Shown here: one piece after another, positions 24,630-33,883 of the stretch
Numbering within the stretch: the stretch's first letter is position 1
Layout: every line of letters starts with the position of its first letter
Origin: Brevundimonas sp.
GTDB lineage: Bacteria > Pseudomonadota > Alphaproteobacteria > Caulobacterales > Caulobacteraceae
Direction: 5' to 3'
NCBI RefSeq assembly: GCF_036676055.1
Contig: NZ_JAKFDS010000004.1
Span: 6,094-70,093, forward strand
DNA length: 64,000 nt
The notes under the pieces: generated by a model
Database searches by the model: none
What the model was told of the DNA's origin: nothing
Seen by the model: the letters and a program-made list of their open reading frames with translations, nothing else
Program-made: the position numbers and the translations under genes

Positions 24630-25403
24630 TCAACCGGATTTCGAGAAATCGGGCGCGCGCTTCTGGCTGAAGGCCATGAAGGCCTCCATCGCCTCGGGGC
24701 TCTTCATCTGGCTGCCGAAGGCCTCGCCCTCCCGCTGCATCAGCCCCCACAGCGCCTCGGCGTCCCGCATCAGCCGCTTGGTCTTGCGGATCGAATTAGG
24801 CGCGCGGGCCGCCAGCTTCGCCGCCAGCTCCGCCGCGGTCGCCTCGACCTGCTCGGCGGGAACCGCCCGGTTGGCCAGACCCCAGGCGACGGCGGTGCGC
24901 CCGTCGATCGGCTCGCCGAGGGCGAACATCTCGAAGGCCCGCTGGTGTCCCAACACTGCCGGCAACAGCATCGACGACGCCGCCTCGGGCGCGAGGGCGA
25001 GGTTGATGAATGGCACGGACAACAGGGCGTCCTCGGCCACCACCACCATGTCGCAGTGAAGCAGCAGGGTCAGACCGATGCCGACCGCCCGGCCCCGCAC
25101 CGCCGCCACCGCCGGCTTGTCCAGCTCGGCCAGCGCCTTGAGGAAGCGGAACACCGACATGTCGAACGGCTGTTCCGTCTGGGAGCCGATAGCGATGAAG
25201 TCCGCGATGTCGTTGCCGGCTGAAAAGCTGTCGCCCTCGCTGCGGAACAGAAGCACGCGCACGGCGTCGTCAGTGCGAGCCTGTTCGGTCGCGTCCGACA
25301 GGGCGGCGTACATGGCCTGGGTGATGGCGTTCTTCTTCTCCGGCCGCGCCAGCGTCACGGTCAGCACGCCGTCGGCCAGCCCTGTCTTGATATGTTCGGT
25401 CAC
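24630..25403 (-). CDS. Enoyl-CoA hydratase/isomerase family protein
   Basis: The GTG start at 25403 overlaps the upstream stop (GTGA). Crotonase motifs are present (LTVTLARPEKKNAIT, FSAGNDIADF, VAAVRGRAVGIGLT). Confidence 0.8.
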   Translation of the reverse strand: MTEHIKTGLADGVLTVTLARPEKKNAITQAMYAALSDATEQARTDDAVRVLLFRSEGDSFSAGNDIADFIAIGSQTEQPFDMSVFRFLKALAELDKPAVAAVRGRAVGIGLTLLLHCDMVVVAEDALLSVPFINLALAPEAASSMLLPAVLGHQRAFEMFALGEPIDGRTAVAWGLANRAVPAEQVEATAAELAAKLAARAPNSIRKTKRLMRDAEALWGLMQREGEAFGSQMKSPEAMEAFMAFSQKRAPDFSKSG

Positions 25404-26503
25404 GCCTCTGAGTCCTGTCTGATAAGGGTCCACCAGTCCACGCCGTCCGCATCGCGCCTGCGCGAGACCCGGCCCCGGTGGAGCAGATAATTTAGGTGAG
25501 CCAGGCTTTCGCCCGTCGCCATGCCGCGGACGCCGTCGCCGACCGGTCGCGCGAACAGGGCGGGAAAGACGTCCACAGCCCGGCAGGGCTCGCGCAGGGT
25601 CCGCTCCAGACGCTTCAACGCCGTCCGGTGCCCCCGGATCAGGCCTTCCAATCGCGCCTGAACGCCGCGGAACGGCTCGCCGTGTGAGGGCAGGATCAGG
25701 ACATTGTCCGGAAACACGACCTTCATCCGATCCAGCGAGTCCAGCCAGTCGCCCAGCGGATCGGCGTCCGGCTCGGTCGGCCACACCGACACATTCGATG
25801 ATATTTTCGGCAGGATCTGGTCGCCGCCCAGCACGACCCCGTCGCTCTCGCGCCACAGGCAGGCGTGCTCCGGGCTGTGGCCTTCGCCTATGACCACGCG
25901 CCAGCCCTGGCCGCCGATCGACAACCGGTCGCCCTCGCGCATCCGCACGAAGCCGGGCGGCATCGGCGCAACCATCCGCCCGAACTGGCCATAGCTGGTC
26001 CGGTAGCCCTCGACCTGGGCTTCATCCCATCCGGCTGCCCGGTAGAAGACCGCTCCCGCTTCCGGGGCGGGCTGTCCGGTGTCAGCCAGCAGCATGCGGG
26101 CGGTGACGTACTCGAGCCGCGTCATCACCAGCGGCGCCGCGACACGCGCACACAGCCAGCCGGCCAGTCCGATGTGATCGGGATGCATATGGGTGCAGAT
26201 CACCCGGCTGATAGGGCGGCCGCCCAGCGGCCCGTCCAGCAGTTGCGCCCATTCCTTGCGGGTGGCGGACATATCGAGGCCGGTGTCCACGAGGACCCAG
26301 CCGTCGCCGTCCCGGACGGCGTAGACGTTGATGTGATCCAGGGCCATGGGCATGGCCAGCCGCATCCACAGTACGCCGGCCGCCACTTCCACGGCCTGGC
26401 CGGGTCCCGGCGGAGCGCCGAACGGATACGACAGGCCGCGCTCCTCGCGCCCGGTCAGAGTTCCGTCCCTCAGGATGACGCCGCCCGCCAAGTCCGTCTC
26501 CAA
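25400..26503 (-). CDS. MBL-fold metallo-hydrolase
   Basis: It has the HxHxDH motif (THMHPDHIG). Confidence 0.8.
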   Translation of the reverse strand: METDLAGGVILRDGTLTGREERGLSYPFGAPPGPGQAVEVAAGVLWMRLAMPMALDHINVYAVRDGDGWVLVDTGLDMSATRKEWAQLLDGPLGGRPISRVICTHMHPDHIGLAGWLCARVAAPLVMTRLEYVTARMLLADTGQPAPEAGAVFYRAAGWDEAQVEGYRTSYGQFGRMVAPMPPGFVRMREGDRLSIGGQGWRVVIGEGHSPEHACLWRESDGVVLGGDQILPKISSNVSVWPTEPDADPLGDWLDSLDRMKVVFPDNVLILPSHGEPFRGVQARLEGLIRGHRTALKRLERTLREPCRAVDVFPALFARPVGDGVRGMATGESLAHLNYLLHRGRVSRRRDADGVDWWTLIRQDSEA

Positions 26504-26624
26504 TCAAAACTTAGGGCAAGATAGGCTCAAGCCGGGAGGTGCGTCCAGATCGGCAATCGCCTTGACCCCGCCACAACCGGCCGCCAAGGGTTTCGCCGAC
26601 CATTTTCCCTTCCGGAGTTTGACC

Positions 26625-27611
26625 GTGTTCCATAAGAAGTTGTTCGCGCTGGCCGGCGGCGCGATGGCGCTGGTCCTGATTACAGCACAGCCCGCGATGG
26701 CCCAGTACGGTCCGCCCGAAGGTCGGACGGCTTCGGAAGAAGCCGGTGGCGCCGTCAGCGGCGAGCGGATTCTGCCGGGTCGCATCGGGGGAGACAGGAA
26801 CGATCGCCAGCGTCAGCGGGAGCGCGCCAACCGGAACCAGGAGCGTGCGCCCGCCGCACCCACGCCGGAAGAGAACAAGGCCGCAGCCCAGGCCGTGCTG
26901 ACCGCCGCCGGCGTGGGTTGCCAGGTGACGGAAGCGACCCTGCTGGGCGTCACACTCGAGCAGCATTCGACCTTCGAGGCGATCTGCGCCGAAGGCCCCG
27001 GCTATCTCGCCGTCAGTTCGACGCCGCCCCAGACCTTCAACTGTCTGGAGCTGGCCGGACAGGCTGAGACCAGCCGTTTGCGTGACCCGGCCGCCGACGT
27101 CGGCCAGCAGTGCACCCTGCCCGTGAATCTGAACCCGGTTCCGGTTCTTTCGGCCTACGCCCGCGCCGCCAGCATCGACTGCACGGTCGACCAGGGCGCC
27201 GCCATCGGCAAGAGCACCGCCGGCAACATCATCTATGAAATTGGCTGCGCCGACCGCGACGGCTACTGGCTCGAGAACGCCGAAGGCGCCTGGAAGGCCA
27301 CGCCCTGCTGGGACCTCGCCCTGGAGCAGGAGACCTGCCGCTATTCCACCGCCGCCGAGACCCTCGGCGCCTGGAAGACCGTGCTGGCCGGAACCGACGC
27401 CGCCGCCTGCGACGTGCAGGAGGCCCGTCGTGTCGGACGCGACGCGCAAGGCCTGACGGTCTACGAAGTGAAGTGCGGCGCCGGCGGCGGCTATTTCGCC
27501 CGCGTCGGGACAACCTTTACGGCCCAGCGGGTTCACACCTGCATCGAGGCGGCGACCATCGCCGGCGGCTGCACCCTGACTGCCGCTGCTCCGGCGACCA
27601 GCGAACAGTAA
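26625..27611 (+). CDS. Secreted protein with three internal 4-Cys repeats, unknown function
   Basis: The GTG start at 26625 gives a signal peptide (FHKKLFALAGGAMALVLITAQPAMA/Q). Three ~70-aa repeats follow, each with the pattern C..[TV][DEQ]....[YF]E[AIV].C...GY[LWF]...C...C. Confidence 0.65.
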   Translation: MFHKKLFALAGGAMALVLITAQPAMAQYGPPEGRTASEEAGGAVSGERILPGRIGGDRNDRQRQRERANRNQERAPAAPTPEENKAAAQAVLTAAGVGCQVTEATLLGVTLEQHSTFEAICAEGPGYLAVSSTPPQTFNCLELAGQAETSRLRDPAADVGQQCTLPVNLNPVPVLSAYARAASIDCTVDQGAAIGKSTAGNIIYEIGCADRDGYWLENAEGAWKATPCWDLALEQETCRYSTAAETLGAWKTVLAGTDAAACDVQEARRVGRDAQGLTVYEVKCGAGGGYFARVGTTFTAQRVHTCIEAATIAGGCTLTAAAPATSEQ

Positions 27612-27636
27612 GATCATCCCCATTGATCGACGACCG

Positions 27637-27669
27637 CGCCCCGGAGTTCGCTCCGGGGCGTTTTCGTTT
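27637..27669 (+). terminator. Intrinsic terminator
   Basis: A 10-bp stem, CGCCCCGGAG / CTCCGGGGCG, has a TTCG loop and is followed by TTTTCGTTT. Confidence 0.7.
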
Positions 27670-27718
27670 GGGCGATCAGCGCTTCACAGAAGGCCCCGAC
27701 GCGCCGTAATCATGGCCG

Positions 27719-28516
27719 ATGCGCATCGCCACCTGGAATGTGAACTCGGTCAACGCCCGCCTGCCGACCGTGTTGGCTTGGCTGGAGGCGGCGAAACCGG
27801 ACGTCGCCTGCCTGCAGGAAATCAAATGCGTCGACGAGAAATTCCCTCGCGAGCCGCTTGAGTCCCTCGGCTACAACGTCGAGGTCCACGGCCAGAAGAG
27901 CTACAATGGCGTCGCCCTGCTGTCGAAGCATCCGCTGTCCGACGTGCGACGCGGCCTGCCCGGGGCGGATAGCTCGGGCTATGAGGCCGAGGCCGAACAG
28001 TCCCGCTACATCGAGGCGGTGATCGAGGCGCCCCGCCCGGTCAGGGTCGGCTGCATCTATCTGCCCAACGGCAATCCGCTCGGGACGGAGAAGTTCGCCT
28101 ACAAGCTGGCTTGGTTCGAGCGCCTGTACGCTCATGCGCGCGACCTGCTGGCGCTGGAAGAGCCGTTCACCCTGTGTGGCGACTTCAACGTCATCCCCAC
28201 GCCCGACGATGCCCGGAACCCGTCAGCCTGGGTTGGCGACGCCCTGTTCCAGCCAGAGAGTCAGGCCGCCTTCCGCGCCCTGCGCCACCTGGGGCTGTTG
28301 GACGCCGGAGAACTGGGCGGTCAGCCGCCGGGGACCTACACCTTCTGGGACTATCAGGCGGGCGCCTGGCAACGGGACCACGGCATCCGCATCGACTTCC
28401 ACCTGTTGTCGCCGCAGGCCGCCGACCGATTTCAGTCTATCGAAACCCACCGCGACGCCCGCGATATGGACAAGCCCTCGGATCACGTCCCGGTCGTGGT
28501 CGAGCTGGAGGACTAG
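27719..28516 (+). CDS. xthA: Exodeoxyribonuclease III
   Basis: The sequence MRIATWNVNSVNARL...CLQEIK...SDHVPV is typical of Xth/APE1. Confidence 0.9.
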   Translation: MRIATWNVNSVNARLPTVLAWLEAAKPDVACLQEIKCVDEKFPREPLESLGYNVEVHGQKSYNGVALLSKHPLSDVRRGLPGADSSGYEAEAEQSRYIEAVIEAPRPVRVGCIYLPNGNPLGTEKFAYKLAWFERLYAHARDLLALEEPFTLCGDFNVIPTPDDARNPSAWVGDALFQPESQAAFRALRHLGLLDAGELGGQPPGTYTFWDYQAGAWQRDHGIRIDFHLLSPQAADRFQSIETHRDARDMDKPSDHVPVVVELED

Positions 28517-28518
28517 CC

Positions 28519-29034
28519 GTGGCCGAGGCGCTCCGGGTCATTCTGCTCGTGGCGCTGGCGGCGGCGGCTCTGACTACCGGCGCCCTGATCCTCGCCTGGT
28601 GGATGGAGCCCGTACGGCGGATGCGCCGGGCCCTGCTCAAGTCGCTGGGCGCCTCACCGGAGGCGGAGGCCCTGTCGCCCGCGGAGGGACGCGCCGCCGG
28701 TCTGGACTTCGACGGCGCCCAGATCGCCGTGCTCTGGAACCGGGGCGCAACCGGGCTGGTGTACGCCTTCGAGGAGATCGACGGCGGAGAGATCATCGTC
28801 GACGGCCATGTGGTCGCCCGGGTCCGCCGCGGGGAGGCCCGCAAGTCGCTCGACATCCTCGCCCCGGACGCAGAACAGGTGGTGCTGCGGCTGATGTTCG
28901 CCGACGCCCGCCACCCGGAGTTCGAACTGGCCCTCTGGGACGCCACCCTCCCGGTTCAAACCAGCTCGCCGGGCGAAGCTCTGCGGCTCGGACGCCGCTG
29001 GTTGTCGCACCTCGAGGCACTGCTGAAAGGCTGA
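28519..29034 (+). CDS. Membrane-anchored protein of unknown function
   Basis: The GTG start lies 2 nt after the xthA stop. The protein has an N-terminal TM segment (ILLVALAAAALTTGALILAWW) and high GC3. Confidence 0.5.
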   Translation: MAEALRVILLVALAAAALTTGALILAWWMEPVRRMRRALLKSLGASPEAEALSPAEGRAAGLDFDGAQIAVLWNRGATGLVYAFEEIDGGEIIVDGHVVARVRRGEARKSLDILAPDAEQVVLRLMFADARHPEFELALWDATLPVQTSSPGEALRLGRRWLSHLEALLKG

Positions 29035-29108
29035 TCGCCCTTCCTCCCCGGCGACCGGGGGGCTAGAAGCCCCCGATCCCTTCCGCCTGAGTATCCGGAG
29101 CGCCCCCT

Positions 29109-30014
29109 GTGGCCCGCCTGTTTGACGCCTATATCATCGCCGACTGGACCGCCGCCGAAGGCAAGAAGCTGGGCGACCAGTCGGTCTGGATCGGCGTGGC
29201 CAAGCGCGACGTCCGCTTCCGCCTGTATACCGAGACGCACAATGTCGCGACGCGGGCCGAGGGTGAAGCGTTGCTCGCCACCCTGCTGGCGGATCACCGA
29301 AAGCGCGGCGACCGGGTCCTCGTCGGCTTCGACTTCAACTTCGGCTATCCGGCGGGCACGGCCGAGCGGCTGAAGCTGACGGGGACACCGTGGCAGGCGA
29401 TGTGGAAATTCATCGCCTCGAACGTCGTCGACAAGCCGGACAATACCAACAACCGTTATCAGGTGGCCGCCAAGATCAACCGGCTGATGACCGACAACCC
29501 GTGGCCGATGTGGGGCGCGCCGGCCAAGCAGGCCCAGCGCTGGCTGACCACGACCAAACCTCCTGCCGGCGCAGGCGCCGACATACCCGAGTTCCGCGCT
29601 ACCGAGGACGCCGTCCGCAAGGGCCGGCTCCAGCCCAAGAGCGTCTGGCAGATGCATGGAGCCGGCGCGGTCGGCGGTCAGACCCTGGTCGGGGTTCCGG
29701 TGGTTCGTCGCCTGCTTGAAAAGCTGGGCCCCTCCGGCGCTGTCTGGCCGTTCGGAACCGGCTGGCGGGTGCTGGACGCTGCGGACGTGGAGCCGCTGTC
29801 AGCCCTGGTGGTCGAAGTCTGGCCGTCGATGTTCGACGCCCGGCCGAACCCCGGCGAGTTCAAGGATCAGGCCCAGGTCCGCGCCACCGCCGAGGCGCTG
29901 GCGAAGATGGACGAGGCCGACGACCTCTCGAAGGCCTTCGCCCCGCCCAAGGGTGCGGACGAGGCGCTGATCGCGCGCGTCGAGCAGGAAGAGGGCTGGA
30001 TCCTGGGAGCCTAG
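29109..30014 (+). CDS. Conserved hypothetical protein (family not recognised with confidence)
   Basis: The 301-aa ORF has high GC3. The N-terminal motif AYIIADWTAAEG...SVWIGV is reminiscent of RNase H-fold or DUF429-like proteins, but I cannot confirm this. Confidence 0.5.
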   Translation: MARLFDAYIIADWTAAEGKKLGDQSVWIGVAKRDVRFRLYTETHNVATRAEGEALLATLLADHRKRGDRVLVGFDFNFGYPAGTAERLKLTGTPWQAMWKFIASNVVDKPDNTNNRYQVAAKINRLMTDNPWPMWGAPAKQAQRWLTTTKPPAGAGADIPEFRATEDAVRKGRLQPKSVWQMHGAGAVGGQTLVGVPVVRRLLEKLGPSGAVWPFGTGWRVLDAADVEPLSALVVEVWPSMFDARPNPGEFKDQAQVRATAEALAKMDEADDLSKAFAPPKGADEALIARVEQEEGWILGA

Positions 30015-31711
30015 CCTATGAGGGCCCGTGCCGCGGCGCGGGCTTCGTCGGTGATGACAGCGCCGGACAGCATACGGGCGATCTCCTCGCGGCGGGCCTG
30101 ATCATCCAGCGCGTCGACCGTCGTGGTGGTCACCCCGCCGCCGTCCGCCTTGCGCACCTTCCAGTGGACATCGCCCCGAGCCGCGACTTGCGGACTGTGG
30201 GTCACCACCAACACCTGGGCGCCCTGGGACAGACGCTGGAGTCTCGCGCCGACCGCCGAGGCCACGGCCCCGCCGACGCCTTGGTCGACCTCGTCGAAGA
30301 TCATAACCGGCTGGCGCTGATCCTCGCGCCCGGCCAGCGCCGCCTTCATGGCCAGAGCGAAGCGGGCCAACTCCCCGCCGGACGCAATGGCGTCCAGCGG
30401 CCCGAATTCCGTGCCGGCGTTGGTGGCGATCTCGAACCGCACCGTCTCGACGCCCAGCGGTCCGCGGCGACCGTCGGCGACCGGCTCAAACGCCACGCGG
30501 AAGCGCGCCCGATCCAGCTTCAGCGGCCCAAGCTCGTCCATCACCGCGGCGGTCAGGCGCTCTGCAGCCGCCTCGCGCGCAGAGGTGAGCAGCAGGGCGG
30601 CGATGTCATAACCTTCGCGGGCAGCCGAGGCAGCCCGCTCGGCGGCCGTGATGCCCTCGGCGCTGTCCTCGATCAGCCTTAGCTGCTCTCGGAAGCGGAC
30701 CCGCAGGATCGGCAAGAGTTCGACAGAGGCGTTCAGCTTGCGAGCGGCCGCACGCAGGGCGAAAAGCCGCTCCTCGGCCTTGTCGAGGCGACCGGGCTCG
30801 AAGTCGAAGGCGTCCGCGGCCGCGTCGACGCAGGCGATGGCCTCCTCGGCCTCGACCAGGGTGCGGTCGATGGCTTCGGCCGCGGTCGTGAGCTTCTGCA
30901 GCAAGGGATGCTCGGGGTCGGTCCCCGCCTGCCCGGCCCGCTGGCGCGCGTGTTCGACCGCGCGCAGTGCGGCCGAGAGGTTGCGCGACAACTTGTCTCC
31001 GCCCAGCGAGGCTCGGGCGTCCGCGAGGTCGGCGATGGCCTTTTCTGCTGCCCCGAGGAGCGCCCGCTCGCCGGCCAGCTCCGTTTCCTCGTCGGCGCGA
31101 GGATCCAGTGCATCGAGGTCGGCGAGGTTCTGTTCCAGCTCTTCCCGATGAGCCGCCGCCTCTGCGGCGGCTGCCCTGAGATCGGACACGGCGCGTTCGG
31201 CGGCCTTGAGCCGGTCGGCGGCGGCGGCGACCCCGGCCAGCTGCGGCTGCAGCCCGCCATAGTTGTCCAGCAGGGCGCGGTGGGTCTTCCAGTCCAGGAG
31301 GCCGACGGTCTCATGCTGGCCGTGCACCTCGACCAAAGCCTGACCGATCTCCCGCAGCGCCGTAACGCCCGCGGGCTGATCGTTGACGAAGGCCCGGCTG
31401 CGGCCGTCCGCGGCCAGGGTGCGGCGCAGGATCAGCTCCTCGCCCGGGACGACCTCGAATCCGCGCGCCGCGATCATCTCGATCAGGTCCGGGTCGTCGG
31501 GGGCCGTGAAGACGGCGGTGGCCGACGCCTGTTTCGCGCCGCTTCGCACCAGGCCGGCATCGGCGCGCGCGCCAAGGGCCAGGCCCAAGGCGTCGAGAAT
31601 GATCGACTTGCCCGCCCCGGTCTCGCCGGTCAGCACCGTCAGGCCGGCGTCGACGTCGAGGTCGAGCACGTCCACCAGCACGATGTCGCGGATGGAGAGG
31701 GCGGTCAGCAT
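30011..31711 (-). CDS. recN: DNA repair protein RecN
   Basis: It has an N-terminal Walker A motif (TGETGAGKSII), a long coiled coil, and a C-terminal signature/Walker B region (ASGGELARFALA...MIFDEVD). Confidence 0.95.
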   Translation of the reverse strand: MLTALSIRDIVLVDVLDLDVDAGLTVLTGETGAGKSIILDALGLALGARADAGLVRSGAKQASATAVFTAPDDPDLIEMIAARGFEVVPGEELILRRTLAADGRSRAFVNDQPAGVTALREIGQALVEVHGQHETVGLLDWKTHRALLDNYGGLQPQLAGVAAAADRLKAAERAVSDLRAAAAEAAAHREELEQNLADLDALDPRADEETELAGERALLGAAEKAIADLADARASLGGDKLSRNLSAALRAVEHARQRAGQAGTDPEHPLLQKLTTAAEAIDRTLVEAEEAIACVDAAADAFDFEPGRLDKAEERLFALRAAARKLNASVELLPILRVRFREQLRLIEDSAEGITAAERAASAAREGYDIAALLLTSAREAAAERLTAAVMDELGPLKLDRARFRVAFEPVADGRRGPLGVETVRFEIATNAGTEFGPLDAIASGGELARFALAMKAALAGREDQRQPVMIFDEVDQGVGGAVASAVGARLQRLSQGAQVLVVTHSPQVAARGDVHWKVRKADGGGVTTTTVDALDDQARREEIARMLSGAVITDEARAAARALIG

Positions 31712-31801
31712 GAGGGCGCGGTGGTCCGGATCTGATTCGCCATGGGGCTCAGTCTAGCGATGATCGCCCGTCATGACCGCCCCATACGTCAGAAGCGGAC
31801 G

Positions 31802-32662
31802 TCAGCCCGGGATGATGCGGCGCAGCCAGCTTTCGCGCCGACCCTCGGGGGCGACGTCGGGCTGTTGGCCTTCCTCGGTCAGCAGGGCGTAGGCCTCGGC
31901 ATACCAGGGGCTGCCGGGATAGTTGTGGCCCAGCACCGCGCCATTGCGGGTCGCCTCTTCCTTCAGACCGAGCTGCAGATTGACCTCGACCAGCCGGTAC
32001 AGGGCCTCGGGCGCGTGCGAGGTGCGCTGATAGGCTTCGTTGTCGATGACGGTCTTGTAGCGGTTGATCGCCGCCAGCGGCTGGCCGGCGCGCTGGTAGT
32101 AGCGCCCGATGGCCATCTCCTTGCCGGCCAGTTGGTCGTTGACCATGTCGATCTTGACCGTGGCGTCGATCGCATAGGAAGTCCCGGGATAGCGGCGAGC
32201 CACGTCACGCAGCCCGTCCAACGCGGCCTGGGCGTAGCCCTGGTCGCGGCCCACGTCAGTGATCTGCTCGAAATTGCACAACGCCTTCATGTAGAAGGCG
32301 TAGGGCGCGCTGGGATTGCCGGGGAACAGCTGGATGAAGCGGTCCGAGGCGGCGATCGCCTCGGCGTAATCATTGCTCTGATAGTGGGCGTAGATCTGCA
32401 TCAGGATCGCGCGCCGCGACCACTCCGAATACGGATGCTGGCGCTCGACCTCCTGGAAGTAGTCGATCGCGTCGCCCCAGCGCCGGCTCTCGAGGCGCTG
32501 GTAGCCGGTGTTGTAGAGCGCCTCGACCGGACGTTCCTCATAGGCGAGCTTCGGCCGGGCGCCGCGAGTGCCGCAGGCGGAAATCGTCAGGGCCGAGACG
32601 GCCACGGCCGACAGGATCAGACCGGCGCGAAACTTGGAAGCAGGCAAGGACGACCTCAACAT
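31802..32662 (-). CDS. bamD: Outer membrane protein assembly factor BamD
   Basis: It has a lipobox (LTISAC) and TPR-like repeats (YNTGYQRLESRRWGDAIDYFQEV). The ATG at 32662 is chosen. Confidence 0.85.
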   Translation of the reverse strand: MLRSSLPASKFRAGLILSAVAVSALTISACGTRGARPKLAYEERPVEALYNTGYQRLESRRWGDAIDYFQEVERQHPYSEWSRRAILMQIYAHYQSNDYAEAIAASDRFIQLFPGNPSAPYAFYMKALCNFEQITDVGRDQGYAQAALDGLRDVARRYPGTSYAIDATVKIDMVNDQLAGKEMAIGRYYQRAGQPLAAINRYKTVIDNEAYQRTSHAPEALYRLVEVNLQLGLKEEATRNGAVLGHNYPGSPWYAEAYALLTEEGQQPDVAPEGRRESWLRRIIPG

Positions 32663-32865
32663 GACAGGCCGGCGGGCATCCACCCGTCGGCGCCCCCGGA
32701 AACGTGACGCGATCTCTACACCAGCGAACAACCCCGCGCCAATGCGGGAAGAAGTCCGCCAAAAAGACTCTCGGCGCTTGTGGCTGAGCCGTCCCCTGAT
32801 ATGAAGCGCGCCAGCGCGACGGCGGCATTCTGAGCCGGGCGATGACGGCGAAAGGATGACCGGAC

Positions 32866-33801
32866 ATGAAGCTGCTCTCTGGCAACTCCAACCGGACCCT
32901 GTCCCAGGCGATCGCGGCCCACCTCGACATGCCCCTGACCAAGGCCCAGGTGAAGCGATTCGCCGACAACGAAGTCTTCGCGGTCATCGAGGAGAACGTC
33001 CGCGGCGAAGATGTCTTCATCCTGCAATCGACCAGCTACCCCGCCAACGACAATCTGATGGAGTTGCTGATCATGACCGATGCGCTGGTCCGCGCGTCGG
33101 CCAAGCGGATCACGGCCGTCATGCCCTATTTCGGCTACGCCCGGCAGGATCGGAAGACCGGAGGCCGCACGCCGATCTCGGCCAAGCTGGTGGCCAATCT
33201 CATCACCCGCGCCGGGGCCGACCGCGTCCTTACGATGGATCTGCACGCCGGACAGATCCAGGGCTTCTTCGACATCCCGACCGACAACCTGGTGGCGACG
33301 CCGGTGCTGGCCCAGGACATCAAGGACCACTATCCGCGAGGTGACGACCTGATGATCGTCTCGCCCGACGTCGGCGGCGTGGTGCGGGCGCGCTCGCTGG
33401 CCAGTCGGCTCAGCGCGGATCTCGCCATCGTCGACAAGCGCCGGGCCAAGCCCGGCGAAAGCGAGGTCATGAACATCATCGGCGACGTCGAGGGACGGCG
33501 CTGCATCCTGTTCGACGACATCGTCGATTCCGGCGGCACGCTGGTGAACGCCGCCCAAGCCCTGATCGACAAGGGCGCGACAGAGGTTTCGGCCTACATC
33601 AGCCATGGCGTCCTGTCCGGCCCTGCCGTGCAGCGCGTGTCCGACGGGCCGCTGAAGGAGCTGGTCATCACCGACTCCATCGAACAGCCTCACGAGGTCC
33701 TGACCTGCCCGAAAATCCGCACCGTTTCGGTCGCCCCCCTGATCGGCGAGGCCATCCGGCGGATCGCCAATGAGGAATCCGTCTCCAAGCTGTTCGACTA
33801 G
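32866..33801 (+). CDS. prs: Ribose-phosphate pyrophosphokinase
   Basis: The sequence runs [17 protein letters not shown]... and contains [10 protein letters not shown] and [11 protein letters not shown]. Confidence 0.95.
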   Translation: MKLLSGNSNRTLSQAIAAHLDMPLTKAQVKRFADNEVFAVIEENVRGEDVFILQSTSYPANDNLMELLIMTDALVRASAKRITAVMPYFGYARQDRKTGGRTPISAKLVANLITRAGADRVLTMDLHAGQIQGFFDIPTDNLVATPVLAQDIKDHYPRGDDLMIVSPDVGGVVRARSLASRLSADLAIVDKRRAKPGESEVMNIIGDVEGRRCILFDDIVDSGGTLVNAAQALIDKGATEVSAYISHGVLSGPAVQRVSDGPLKELVITDSIEQPHEVLTCPKIRTVSVAPLIGEAIRRIANEESVSKLFD

Positions 33802-33883
33802 AATCTCGGAACCCGATCGGGCCCCGCCCCATTTGCGCCCTCAGATTGGGCGTTGCTGGACGCCGGTAACCCGAGGAGTCCTG

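Noticed and set aside
24630-25856. A 408-aa version of the enoyl-CoA hydratase ORF
   Set aside because: The upstream 150 codons overlap the MBL-hydrolase gene in another frame and are Arg/Pro/Gly-rich. The GTG at 25403, which forms a GTGA overlap with the MBL stop, gives a canonical 257-aa crotonase.
31787-31801. An exact 15-mer, CGTCAGAAGCGGACG, shared with 44168-44182; both copies form small hairpins in intergenic DNA
   Set aside because: In a 64-kb sequence this GC-rich, roughly 20 exact 15-mer coincidences are expected over both strands. The flanks do not align, so I treat it as chance.
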